NCBI GenBank assembly: GCA_045580735.1
Contig: JAZNOJ010000103.1
Span: 225-64,224, forward strand
Reading direction: 5' to 3'
DNA length: 64,000 nt
From: Candidatus Egerieisoma sp.
Lineage (GTDB): Bacteria > Bacillota > Clostridia > UBA1212 > UBA1255
A program made the translations under genes and the position numbers. A model generated the notes under the pieces. It ran no database searches. It was not told the origin of the DNA and saw only the letters and a program-made list of their open reading frames with translations. Of this stretch, positions 28,831-37,966 are shown piece by piece (the first letter of the stretch is position 1; each line of letters starts with the position of its first letter).

Positions 28831-29736
28831 TCAATTTCTTTTATGAAGTTTTAGCATTGTTATAAAAAAGTCCTTCATTTCTTTTCGCGGAACAATCTTA
28901 TCAACAAAGCCTTTTTCCTCTAAAAATTCTGCTGTTTGAAATCCCTCTGGTAGCTTTTGGTTTATTGTCTGCTCAATAACACGTGGACCAGCAAATGCTA
29001 TTAATGCTCCCGGCTCTGCAATTATTATATCACCCTCCATCGCAAAGCTTGCAGTAACACCACCTGTTGTTGGGTCTGTAAGAACCGTTATATACAAAAG
29101 CTTCTTATCACTGTGTCTTTTAACTGCTCCGCTGGTTTTAGCCATTTGCATAAGTGAAAAAGTTCCCTCCTGCATTCTTGCTCCACCCGAAGCCGTAAAA
29201 CCAATAACAGGCAAATTTTCCTTAGTTGCATATTCGAAAAGACGAGTTATTTTTTCACCCGTTGCACTGCCCATGGATCCCATCATAAAACGGGGCTCCA
29301 TTGCAAAAATACAAACATCAAAGCCACCAATTTTAGCTCTACCACATATAACTGATTCATTTTCACCAGATTCTTCCTCTGCCTTTTTAATTTTTTGGTT
29401 ATATTCAGGAAACTTAAGAATATTCTTTGCCTTTAAGTCTGTATCATGTTCAATAAATGTATTTTCATCAGCAAAAAAAGAAATTCTTTGTCTTGCAGTA
29501 AGCCTGTAATAATGTCCACATTTTGGGCATGTATGCATGCTGTTTTCTAAATCCTCTTTTAAAATTAAAGCCTTACAAGATGTACATGAGGTCCACAATT
29601 CATCACTATTTTTTTCAAATTCTTTTTTCTTCTTTTTCTCCTCTTTTTTGCTTTTTACATTATCATCTGAATTTTCAATGGCACTTTCTGTTTCCAACTC
29701 ATTTTTTATATATTTAAAAAAATTCTTATATTTCAT
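28831..29736 (-). CDS. accD: acetyl-CoA carboxylase carboxyltransferase subunit beta
   Basis: 301 aa. Zn-ribbon CTSCKALI...CPKCGHYYRL, GSMGSATGEKITR, SGGARMQEG. Confidence 0.93.
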   Translation of the reverse strand: MKYKNFFKYIKNELETESAIENSDDNVKSKKEEKKKKKEFEKNSDELWTSCTSCKALILKEDLENSMHTCPKCGHYYRLTARQRISFFADENTFIEHDTDLKAKNILKFPEYNQKIKKAEEESGENESVICGRAKIGGFDVCIFAMEPRFMMGSMGSATGEKITRLFEYATKENLPVIGFTASGGARMQEGTFSLMQMAKTSGAVKRHSDKKLLYITVLTDPTTGGVTASFAMEGDIIIAEPGALIAFAGPRVIEQTINQKLPEGFQTAEFLEEKGFVDKIVPRKEMKDFFITMLKLHKRN

Positions 29737-29775
29737 TTCAAGCCTCCACGTTAGCTTTTAAAGTATACTTAAAAC

Positions 29776-31095
29776 TCAATTTTTCTCCATAAAATCTGTA
29801 TAATAATCGCCCGAAGCAAAGTCAGGATTATTTAAAATATCTATTTGAGATTGGATATTATTATCAACACCTTCAATAATCAGCTCACCCAATGCCGCCT
29901 TCATTTTACGAATGGATTCCTCTCTTGTTCTCGCAAAAACAATCAATTTTCCAATCATTGAATCATAAAAAGGTGGTATCTTATAATCCTGGTAAATCGC
30001 AGTATCAAATCTTACCCATGGTCCTCCTGGAATGTGAAGCATAGTAATTCCGGAGCCTGACATTGCAGCATTATCAGCATTAATTCTACACTCTATAGCT
30101 GAACCTAAAACACTTACATCCTCCTGCGTAAAGTCTATTTCTCTACCAGCCGCTATTCTAATTTGCCATTTTACTAAATCAAAACCTGTAACAAACTCTG
30201 TAACCGGATGTTCAACCTGAAGTCTTGTATTCATTTCCATAAAATAGAAATTACCCTCTTTATCAAGCAAAAACTCGATTGTACCTACACCGGTGTAATT
30301 TACGGCTTTAGCTGCAGTAATTGCTACGTTACACATTTTTTCTCTTAATTCGTCAGAAACCTTAGCGCACGGACTTTCTTCAATTAATTTTTGATTTTTT
30401 CTTTGTACTGAGCAATCTCTTTCTCCTAATGCAACAACATTTCCAAACTTGTCTCCTATTATTTGAACCTCTACATGTTTAACCGGATATAGACGTTTTT
30501 CCATGTAAACTCCACCATCACCAAATGCAGAAAGTGCCTCGCTGCTCGCTGCAGCATATGCTTTAGCTACCTCATCTCGCGAATTTACAAGTCTGATTCC
30601 TCTACCACCGCCACCTGCTCTTGCTTTTATTAAAAGTGGATAGCCAATTTTTTCAGCGCAATCTAAAGCGTCCTGAAGAGTAGGTAAAATATCACTTCCC
30701 GGAATAATCGGCACATCTACAGCCCTCATAGTTTTTCTTGCTTCTTCTTTATCTCCCATACGGCGAATAACATCTGCCTCTGGCCCTATAAAAGCAACAC
30801 CACACTTCGCACATAATTCTGCAAATTTAGCATTTTCTGACAAAAGACCATATCCCGGATGAATCGCCTCAGCCTTTGATAATTTTGCCACAGAAAGAAT
30901 TGCTGGCATATTCAAGTAACTTTCCTTCGCAGCAGCAGGTCCTATGCAATAGCTTTCATCAGCCATATTTACATGTAGTGCATCTCTATCAGCATCTGAA
31001 TAAACACACACTGTTTTTATGCCCATTTCCTTACAAGCTCTTATAATTCTTACAGCTATTTCTCCTCTGTTTGCAATTAGAATTTTTTTAAACAT
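29776..31095 (-). CDS. accC: acetyl-CoA carboxylase biotin carboxylase subunit
   Basis: MFKKILIANRGEIAVRIIRA start (the ORF track begins 5 codons earlier at 31110), ATP-grasp KARAGGGGRGIR, EMNTRLQVEHPVTE. Confidence 0.95.
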   Translation of the reverse strand: MFKKILIANRGEIAVRIIRACKEMGIKTVCVYSDADRDALHVNMADESYCIGPAAAKESYLNMPAILSVAKLSKAEAIHPGYGLLSENAKFAELCAKCGVAFIGPEADVIRRMGDKEEARKTMRAVDVPIIPGSDILPTLQDALDCAEKIGYPLLIKARAGGGGRGIRLVNSRDEVAKAYAAASSEALSAFGDGGVYMEKRLYPVKHVEVQIIGDKFGNVVALGERDCSVQRKNQKLIEESPCAKVSDELREKMCNVAITAAKAVNYTGVGTIEFLLDKEGNFYFMEMNTRLQVEHPVTEFVTGFDLVKWQIRIAAGREIDFTQEDVSVLGSAIECRINADNAAMSGSGITMLHIPGGPWVRFDTAIYQDYKIPPFYDSMIGKLIVFARTREESIRKMKAALGELIIEGVDNNIQSQIDILNNPDFASGDYYTDFMEKN

Positions 31096-31153
31096 ATTAT
31101 ACCTCCGCAAGATTACACATATCCTGTCTAAAACTATAATTCGTGACTAGGCT

Positions 31154-31573
31154 TTACTTTTTTACTGCAAAGCTAAATTCTCCACTTACGCACAAATCAC
31201 CATCAACAAAGCATGCACCTTCGGCAAAATAAAATACACTCTTGTTTCGTACAATTTTACATTCAATAATAATGGTATCTCCCGGCTTAACAGTTTTTTT
31301 AAACTTAACATTATTAAGACCACTAAAATATGGTGTAGCACCTTTCACACTATCTGCTAAAATTACGCTACACGCCTGAGCCATAATCTCGCATAAAACA
31401 ACACCGGGAACAACAGGATTACCCGGAAAATGGCCTTGCAAAAACCATTCATCCCCTTTTACATGATAAATACCCTTTGCTTCGTTTTTACCTGTAACAA
31501 AAGCCTCGTCAACTAAAAGCATCGGCTCTCTATGTGGAATAATTTTTTTAATTTCTTCTCTATTCATAAACAT
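31154..31573 (-). CDS. fabZ: 3-hydroxyacyl-ACP dehydratase
   Basis: 139 aa. IPHREPMLLVD, FLQGHFPGNPVVPGVVLCEIMAQ. Confidence 0.93.
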   Translation of the reverse strand: MFMNREEIKKIIPHREPMLLVDEAFVTGKNEAKGIYHVKGDEWFLQGHFPGNPVVPGVVLCEIMAQACSVILADSVKGATPYFSGLNNVKFKKTVKPGDTIIIECKIVRNKSVFYFAEGACFVDGDLCVSGEFSFAVKK

Positions 31574-31622
31574 CCTCTATCAAAATAAATAATTTTATCA
31601 TTAATTTACTTATCAAAGTGCA

Positions 31623-32054
31623 TTATTCTAATGCTATCTTAAATAACTTTTGTCCATATTCAACAACATCGCCATTTTTTACTAGAATTTCAACAATTTT
31701 GCCTTGTGTCTGTGCTGTAATCTCATTCATAAGCTTCATAGCTTCTATAATGCATACCACATCATCGTGCTTTACCTGTGTTCCTTCTTTAACAAAAGGA
31801 GCTGCATTAGGACCAGGAGCTGCATAAAATACTCCCACCATCGGTGAAGTTATATATTTTCCATCATTAGATTCTTTTTCGTCAGCAACATGATTTATAT
31901 TTGTGACAGATGATGTGTTTAAAGCTGATGGCGACTCACTTTTTAAGCTTGCTCTTTCAATTTTGATTTTTAATTTTCCACTTTCTATTTCCAAATTTGT
32001 GACATCATTATTTTTCATTATTTCAGCTAAGCACTTAATTTCATTTGTGTCCAT
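31623..32054 (-). CDS. accB: biotin carboxyl carrier protein of acetyl-CoA carboxylase
   Basis: 143 aa. Biotinylation motif CIIEAMKLMNEI. Confidence 0.93.
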   Translation of the reverse strand: MDTNEIKCLAEIMKNNDVTNLEIESGKLKIKIERASLKSESPSALNTSSVTNINHVADEKESNDGKYITSPMVGVFYAAPGPNAAPFVKEGTQVKHDDVVCIIEAMKLMNEITAQTQGKIVEILVKNGDVVEYGQKLFKIALE

Positions 32055-32106
32055 ATTTATCCTCCATTCAAAAGTAAAGCATTTTACATTAATACTTTAT
32101 AAAAAA

Positions 32107-33390
32107 TTAAGAATGACTATATTTTTTTAGAACAATCGCTCCATTATGACCACCAAATCCAAGAGAATTTGATACAGCATATGTGAGCTTACAGTTTATA
32201 CCCTTGTTGGGTGTAATATCCAAGTCACATTCTTCATCAGGCACTGAATAATTAATAGTTGGTGGAACAAAATCATTCATTAAAGAAAGAGTACAAATTA
32301 CAGCTTCAATTCCGCCCGCTGCACCAAGCATATGTCCGGTCATTGATTTTGTCGAACTAACATGTAAAGAATATGCTTTTTCACCAAAAACACTCTTAAT
32401 AGCAGCTGTTTCACTCTTGTCGTTTAAAGGTGTACTGGTACCATGCGCATTGATATAAATTTCATCACAATTTACATTAATCTTTGAGGTTTCGTCAATA
32501 ATTCCACCTTCTATACAAGCTATTCTAAGTGCTTCCGTTGCAGATATTCCTTCAGGATCCGGCGCTGTCATATGATAAGCGTCACATGTATTTCCATATC
32601 CTGTGATTTCAGCTAAAATATTTGCTCCACGATTTACAGCATGCTCATATTCTTCAATAACAATAATACCTGCACCCTCTCCCATTACAAAGCCATCACG
32701 CTCTTTGTCAAAGGGAATACTGCTCCTATTAATATCGTTAGTAGTTGATAATGCCATACAATTTGTGAATCCTGCCATAGAAAGAGGGTTTATTGTTGCC
32801 TCTGCCCCACCACAAATAATAGCATCAGCTCTACCATCCTTGACAGCACGAAAAGCCTCTCCAATACTATGCGTTCCAGTTGCACAGGCTGTTACTATAG
32901 GAACACACGGACCTTTTGCTTTATGCCTGATAGCTATTGTTCCAGATGCCATGTTAGCAATCATCATTGGAACGAAAAATGGTGAAACTTTACGCGGTCC
33001 CCCATCTTTTAATTTATATGCTTCATTTATAAATGTAGACATACCGCCTATTCCAGAACCAACATAAACACCGAATCTATTAGAATCGATATTTTCACCT
33101 GCTACCAATCCACTCATTTCCACTGCCTGTGATGCTGCAGCAACTGCATATTGCGTATACAAGTCATTTTTTCTTATTTGTCCCTTTTCAAAATATTTCA
33201 ATGGATCAAAATCCTTGACCTCGGCTGCAACCTTAACCTTAAAATTCTCCGTATCAAAGCTCTTAATGAAATCAATTCCATTTTTACCTTCTACTATTGC
33301 ATTGTATAATGCTTCTATATCATTTCCTATTGGTGATATTGCTCCAATACCTGTAATAACTACTCTTTTCAATTTATTTACCTCCATCAA
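32107..33390 (-). CDS. fabF: 3-oxoacyl-ACP synthase II
   Basis: 427 aa. RVVITGIG, active-site ACATG, HGTSTPLND, GHMLGAAG, NSLGFGGHN. Confidence 0.93.
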   Translation of the reverse strand: MMEVNKLKRVVITGIGAISPIGNDIEALYNAIVEGKNGIDFIKSFDTENFKVKVAAEVKDFDPLKYFEKGQIRKNDLYTQYAVAAASQAVEMSGLVAGENIDSNRFGVYVGSGIGGMSTFINEAYKLKDGGPRKVSPFFVPMMIANMASGTIAIRHKAKGPCVPIVTACATGTHSIGEAFRAVKDGRADAIICGGAEATINPLSMAGFTNCMALSTTNDINRSSIPFDKERDGFVMGEGAGIIVIEEYEHAVNRGANILAEITGYGNTCDAYHMTAPDPEGISATEALRIACIEGGIIDETSKINVNCDEIYINAHGTSTPLNDKSETAAIKSVFGEKAYSLHVSSTKSMTGHMLGAAGGIEAVICTLSLMNDFVPPTINYSVPDEECDLDITPNKGINCKLTYAVSNSLGFGGHNGAIVLKKYSHS

Positions 33391-33430
33391 ACAATCTTAG
33401 AAAAAGCGTCTTATATTGCCAACACAAAAC

Positions 33431-34186
33431 CTACATGCACAAGCCGCCATCTACTTTTATTACCTCGCCAGTTATATATCCTGCCATTTCCGATGCTAGG
33501 AATAGGACTGCATTTGCAATATCTTCCGTTTTTCCAAAATGTTTTGCAGGAATTTTTTCCAAATATCCCTGTTTTAGCTTATCATCAAGCACTGCTGTCA
33601 TATCCGTTTCTATATATCCAGGTGCAATCGCATTACAAGTAATACCTCTTGCACCCAGCTCTCTAGCAACAGTTTTTGTAATCCCTATCATACCTGCCTT
33701 TGAGCTAACATAGTTTGCCTGACCTGCTGTTCCAAAAATTCCTGAAACAGAAGAAATATTTATTATTCTACCACTTCTTTTTTTAGCCATATGGGAATAA
33801 ACACCTTTTATTGTGTTAAAAGCGCCCTTAAGATTTACGTCTATTACAGACTCAAAATCTTCTTCAGACATTTTTAATATCAAATTATCCTTTGTAATTC
33901 CTGCATTATTCACCAAAATGTCTATTTGACCAAAATCAGAAACTATTTTACTAATTGTTTCTTGTACCTCAGTAAAGCTTGCTACATTACATTTATAAGA
34001 AAGAGCCTTTACCCCCTTGTCGTTAGCAAGCTCTACCGTTTCCACGGCAGCAGCCTCATTGCCTGCGTATATAATCGCAACATTTACGCCTGCATCTGCC
34101 ATTTTCAGAGCAATCTCTCGACCTATACCTCTTGAGCCACCCGTAACCACTGCCGTTTTACCATTCACCAAAAACAAATCAACCAT
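33431..34186 (-). CDS. fabG: 3-oxoacyl-ACP reductase
   Basis: 251 aa SDR. TGGSRGIG, NNAG, YVSSKAG catalytic pattern. Confidence 0.92.
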   Translation of the reverse strand: MVDLFLVNGKTAVVTGGSRGIGREIALKMADAGVNVAIIYAGNEAAAVETVELANDKGVKALSYKCNVASFTEVQETISKIVSDFGQIDILVNNAGITKDNLILKMSEEDFESVIDVNLKGAFNTIKGVYSHMAKKRSGRIINISSVSGIFGTAGQANYVSSKAGMIGITKTVARELGARGITCNAIAPGYIETDMTAVLDDKLKQGYLEKIPAKHFGKTEDIANAVLFLASEMAGYITGEVIKVDGGLCM

Positions 34187-34195
34187 TCCATCACC

Positions 34196-35095
34196 TTATA
34201 TTTCCAAAGCTTGTGTATAGTGCAAAGCTTTTACATCCTTGTTAATTTTTCGGATAAGTCCACAAAGAACTTTACCCTCTCCCACCTCAATAAAGGTGTT
34301 TATTCCATCATTTATTGCATTTTCAATTGACTTTTGCCATTTAACAGAATTACAAACCTGAAGCGCAACAGTTTCTTTTATATCCTCATTGTCTGATGGA
34401 TAAGGTTTCCCTGTCAAATTTGCATATATCGGCAATTTGCCTTTTTTAGCCTCATAATTGTTTAAAAATTCTCTAAGCTTTTCCGAAGCTGGTTTCATGA
34501 AGCTTGAATGAAATGCTCCACTTACTGCTAAAGACTTAAACTTTCCACCTGCCTCTTTAATAGCAGCTTCAATTTTTTCGCCGTCCTCTTCTCTAAAGGA
34601 TATTGAAATCTGTCCCGGACAATTAAAATTCACAGCTTCTGCTTTATCAAACTTAGATAAAATCTCCAATAAAGTTTCTTCACTCATCCCTAATACTGCT
34701 GCCATTTTTCCAGGATTTTCCTCTGCAGCTTCCTGCATAAATTCAGCTCTCTTACAAACTATTTCAAAGCTTTCTTTTTCTGTATAAATGCCGGCATAAC
34801 CTAATGCTGCAATCTCACCTAATGAAAAGCCTAACACTGCATCAGCCTTTATACCCTTTTCCTCTAATGCCTTAGTTGCTGCTAAATCAACAGTAAAGAG
34901 ACAAGGCTGAGTGTTCATAGTTATATCCAGTTCCTCTTTTGTAGCTTCAAAGCACTGTTTTGAAGTATTTACTCTAATTCCATCAGCCATTTTGAAAACC
35001 TCTGCTGCAGCTTTTGATTTTTCAAAAAGCTCCTTACCCATTCCCTGTTTTTGCGCTCCCTGTCCTGAAAACACAAATGCTATTTTTTCATCCAT
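34196..35095 (-). CDS. fabD: malonyl CoA-ACP transacylase
   Basis: 299 aa. FVFSGQGAQKQGMG, GFSLGEIAAL, GAFHSSFM. Confidence 0.93.
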   Translation of the reverse strand: MDEKIAFVFSGQGAQKQGMGKELFEKSKAAAEVFKMADGIRVNTSKQCFEATKEELDITMNTQPCLFTVDLAATKALEEKGIKADAVLGFSLGEIAALGYAGIYTEKESFEIVCKRAEFMQEAAEENPGKMAAVLGMSEETLLEILSKFDKAEAVNFNCPGQISISFREEDGEKIEAAIKEAGGKFKSLAVSGAFHSSFMKPASEKLREFLNNYEAKKGKLPIYANLTGKPYPSDNEDIKETVALQVCNSVKWQKSIENAINDGINTFIEVGEGKVLCGLIRKINKDVKALHYTQALEI

Positions 35096-35131
35096 ATAAA
35101 TCCTCCCATCTTGGCAAAGCTCGGTTTTAAA

Positions 35132-36085
35132 TTAATAAATAAACCTTTGCGCTTGCTCGAGATATTTGATAGCTTCTTCAATAATTTCCTCAATTATTTC
35201 CTGTGCGGTTTGCTCCTTCTTAACTAATCCAGCTATCTGACCCGCCATAAAACTACCTTTTTTTACATCACCTTCTACTGCAGCCATTCTAAGTGTTCCG
35301 GCTCCGAAAGCCTCTAATTCTTCAATGGAAACATTTACATCTGCTTCCATTTTGGCATAATTAGTAGTAAAGGGTGATTTTAACGCTCTTACAGGATGTC
35401 CTGTTTTCTTTCCTGTAACTATGGTATCTCTGTCACCTGCTTTTATGACTCTATCTTTATATTCTTGACTTATATTACATTCCTTTGCTGATAAGAAGCG
35501 TGTTCCCATTTGAATACCCTGTGCACCAAGCATTAATGCTGCTGCAAAGCCTCTTCCGTCAGCTATTCCTCCTGCCGCAAGAACAGGAATATTTACTGCA
35601 TCACAAACCTGAGGTACAAGAGGCATTGTGTTCATTTCACCAATGTGACCTCCAGACTCTCCACCTTCTGCAACCACTGCCACAGCACCTGCTTTTTCTG
35701 ATGCTTTTGCCATTGAGGCTGCTGCAACCACAGGAATGACCTTTATGCCTGCTTCGTTCCATGCTGGCATATATGGTGTAGGCTTGCCAGCTCCTGTTGT
35801 TACCACAGCAACCTTTTCTTCTGCCACTACCTTCGCCACATCAGGTGTATGAGGACTCATTAACATTATATTTACGCCAAACGGCTTATCTGTCATTTCT
35901 TTTGCTTTTCTTATTTCGTTTCTTACCCACTGTGCGTCTGAATTCATTGCTGAAATAATTCCGAGACCGCCTGCATTGCTTACTGCCGCAGCTAGGTTAG
36001 CATCTGAAACCCAAGCCATTCCCCCTTGAAATATTGGATATTTTATTCCTAACAATTCACACAAAGGCGTTTTAATAGTTTTCAT
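35132..36085 (-). CDS. fabK: enoyl-ACP reductase II (FMN-dependent, NPD family)
   Basis: 317 aa. YPIFQGGMAWVS, GGESGGHIG, AAGGIADGRG. Sits at the fabK position of the streptococcal-type fab cluster. Confidence 0.85.
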   Translation of the reverse strand: MKTIKTPLCELLGIKYPIFQGGMAWVSDANLAAAVSNAGGLGIISAMNSDAQWVRNEIRKAKEMTDKPFGVNIMLMSPHTPDVAKVVAEEKVAVVTTGAGKPTPYMPAWNEAGIKVIPVVAAASMAKASEKAGAVAVVAEGGESGGHIGEMNTMPLVPQVCDAVNIPVLAAGGIADGRGFAAALMLGAQGIQMGTRFLSAKECNISQEYKDRVIKAGDRDTIVTGKKTGHPVRALKSPFTTNYAKMEADVNVSIEELEAFGAGTLRMAAVEGDVKKGSFMAGQIAGLVKKEQTAQEIIEEIIEEAIKYLEQAQRFIY

Positions 36086-36114
36086 TTAATTTTCCTCCAA
36101 GTCTATTTTAATTA

Positions 36115-37074
36115 TTAAATTCCCCAACGAATAATCATCGCAGAAGATACAAGACCTCCACCAAAAGCAGCTAAGGCTAATATATCATTCTTTTTTATTG
36201 TTCCTGATCTATTTAATTCATCTAACGCTATTGCAATTCCCGAAGAAGAAGTGTTTCCATATTTTTGAATAGTCGATACGTATTTATCCTCTGATATACT
36301 CAGCTTTCCTTGTACAGAATCCGTTATTCTTTTATTTGCTTGATGTAAAATAACGTGATTCACATCCGACTGCTCAAGTCCTGCTTCCTTTATTGCAGCT
36401 TTTATATCTCTGCATGCAGAAGTCACAGCAAATTTGAAAACCTCTCCTCCATTCATGCTTATGACAGGTTTTCCTTCTTCATTATAATCAATGTTTAGAA
36501 CCTCATAATTTCCCTTTGCTTTTTCTATTGTAGCTAACAAGGCATTTTCTTCTGATCTTTCAACTACTGCTGCACCACTTCCATCACCAAAAAGTACACA
36601 TGTATTTCGATCCTTCCAATCTACTAATCTTGACATAGCCTCTGTAGATATTATCAATATTCTATTGATTTTAGGATTACTTTTGATAAATGCTGCTGCA
36701 ATGTTTAATGCATATAAAAATCCCGCACAGGCTGCATTTACATCGAACGCTGGACACTTTAAATTCATTTCCTTTTGAACACAGCATGCAAGTGATGGCG
36801 TAATATAATCCCCATGTACAGTAGAGCATATTAAATAATCTACATCATCTGTCTCTATGCCTGCATTTTCCAATGCCGCCAAGCCTGCCTTTACTGACAT
36901 TTCAGTTCGTGTTTGGTTTTTACTCAAAATGTGTCGTTCTTTTATACCTGTACGAGTACTTATCCACTCATCTGATGTATCTACCATTTTTGATAAATCA
37001 TCATTTGTTAAAATATTATCCGGAACATAATGTCCCGTTCCTATTATCCTACATCCTGTTGATTTCTCATTCAT
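36115..37074 (-). CDS. fabH: 3-oxoacyl-ACP synthase III
   Basis: 319 aa. DTSDEWISTRTGI, NAACAGF, HQAN, GNTSSSG. Confidence 0.93.
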   Translation of the reverse strand: MNEKSTGCRIIGTGHYVPDNILTNDDLSKMVDTSDEWISTRTGIKERHILSKNQTRTEMSVKAGLAALENAGIETDDVDYLICSTVHGDYITPSLACCVQKEMNLKCPAFDVNAACAGFLYALNIAAAFIKSNPKINRILIISTEAMSRLVDWKDRNTCVLFGDGSGAAVVERSEENALLATIEKAKGNYEVLNIDYNEEGKPVISMNGGEVFKFAVTSACRDIKAAIKEAGLEQSDVNHVILHQANKRITDSVQGKLSISEDKYVSTIQKYGNTSSSGIAIALDELNRSGTIKKNDILALAAFGGGLVSSAMIIRWGI

Positions 37075-37151
37075 TTTATATACTTCGCTCCATCCAACTC
37101 TCTTATATAATAATCAGCTTCTATATTGTATTATTCCCAATATTTGGAATT

Positions 37152-37610
37152 TCATTTCTTTAAATTTTCAAAGAAGCCTTTTATTTTTTTTAGGCTTTTC
37201 ATTAATATTTCTAACTCTTTATCATCTAACTCCTTCGATAAATCTCTCATAAGGCGTTTATGTATGTATACATGAACCTGATTGATTTTTTTGCCTTGCT
37301 CGGTAAGAATGATTCTTACACTTCTTTTATCTTCAGAATCCTGTTTCTTACTTAAATATCCTTTTTTTACTAATCCATTCACAGAAATAGTAGCTGCAGA
37401 TAAGGTATAATTCATATCATTTGATAAATCTGTGATCGTAGCGCCACCTTCTTGCTCATACTCACTTACAGCCTCCATCAAATGCAGCTCACCAATGGTA
37501 AGATTTAAATGCTTATTTTTCTTTATTTTCTTTTCCTCAAGATCATTTATTGTGTTATATGTACTTTTGAGGAGCTTATTTAGTTCGTCATATTTTTGTT
37601 TCTCTTTCAT
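37152..37610 (-). CDS. fabT: MarR-family transcriptional regulator at the head of the fab cluster (FabT-like)
   Basis: 152 aa. Winged-helix core LTIGELHLMEAV...TITDLSNDMNYTLSAATISVNGLVKKGYLSK..DSEDKRSVRIILTEQG. Its position immediately upstream of fabH matches streptococcal fabT. Confidence 0.7.
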   Translation of the reverse strand: MKEKQKYDELNKLLKSTYNTINDLEEKKIKKNKHLNLTIGELHLMEAVSEYEQEGGATITDLSNDMNYTLSAATISVNGLVKKGYLSKKQDSEDKRSVRIILTEQGKKINQVHVYIHKRLMRDLSKELDDKELEILMKSLKKIKGFFENLKK

Positions 37611-37676
37611 AAATCCAACTACACCTTATCTTTAAGTTCTAACAAATCAGTAATATATATATTATGAATTTATATA

Positions 37677-37696
37677 TAAATTAGTTAAGTAATTTA
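37677..37696. promoter_or_regulatory. 7-6-7 palindrome TAAATTAGTTAAGTAATTTA, candidate FabT/MarR operator
   Basis: Perfect inverted repeat TAAATTA/TAATTTA, ~13 nt downstream of the predicted fabT -10 box and therefore over the expected transcription start. Confidence 0.4.
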
Positions 37697-37709
37697 ATTA
37701 ATTTATTTA

Positions 37710-37738
37710 AGTATATCCTCACAAAATAACTTTGTCAA
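37710..37738 (-). promoter_or_regulatory. sigma-A-type promoter of the fabT-fab-acc operon (TTGACA-17 nt-TATACT)
   Basis: The minus strand reads TTGACAaagttattttgtgaggaTATACT. Confidence 0.55.
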
Positions 37739-37861
37739 CAAAAATATAGATAATCATCAAAAAGATTAATTTCTGATATTATTTTCCTTAAGCTTTTTCT
37801 ATAAAAGATCCGCAAAATTGATTTTATTCCAAATACTCAATGCTTCCAATGAATCTTTTTT

Positions 37862-37904
37862 AAAAAAAACAACCCCTTCAGTTTTAATATAAAACTAAAA
37901 GGGT
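37862..37904 (-). terminator. Rho-independent terminator after ftsK
   Basis: Minus-strand RNA ACCCUUUUAGUUUU-AUAU-AAAACUGAAGGGGU, followed by UGUUUUUUUU. Both mismatches are G-U pairs only on this strand. Confidence 0.7.
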
Positions 37905-37966
37905 GTATAAAATTAGCTCAATCATTCTAGCTTTAGAATATGCTCATTTATATTATTATACGATGT

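Noticed and set aside
36086-37151. Search for acpP in the fabT-fabH and fabH-fabK gaps
   Set aside because: The gaps are 77 and 29 nt with no ORF. No DSLD-type ACP motif appears in any frame.
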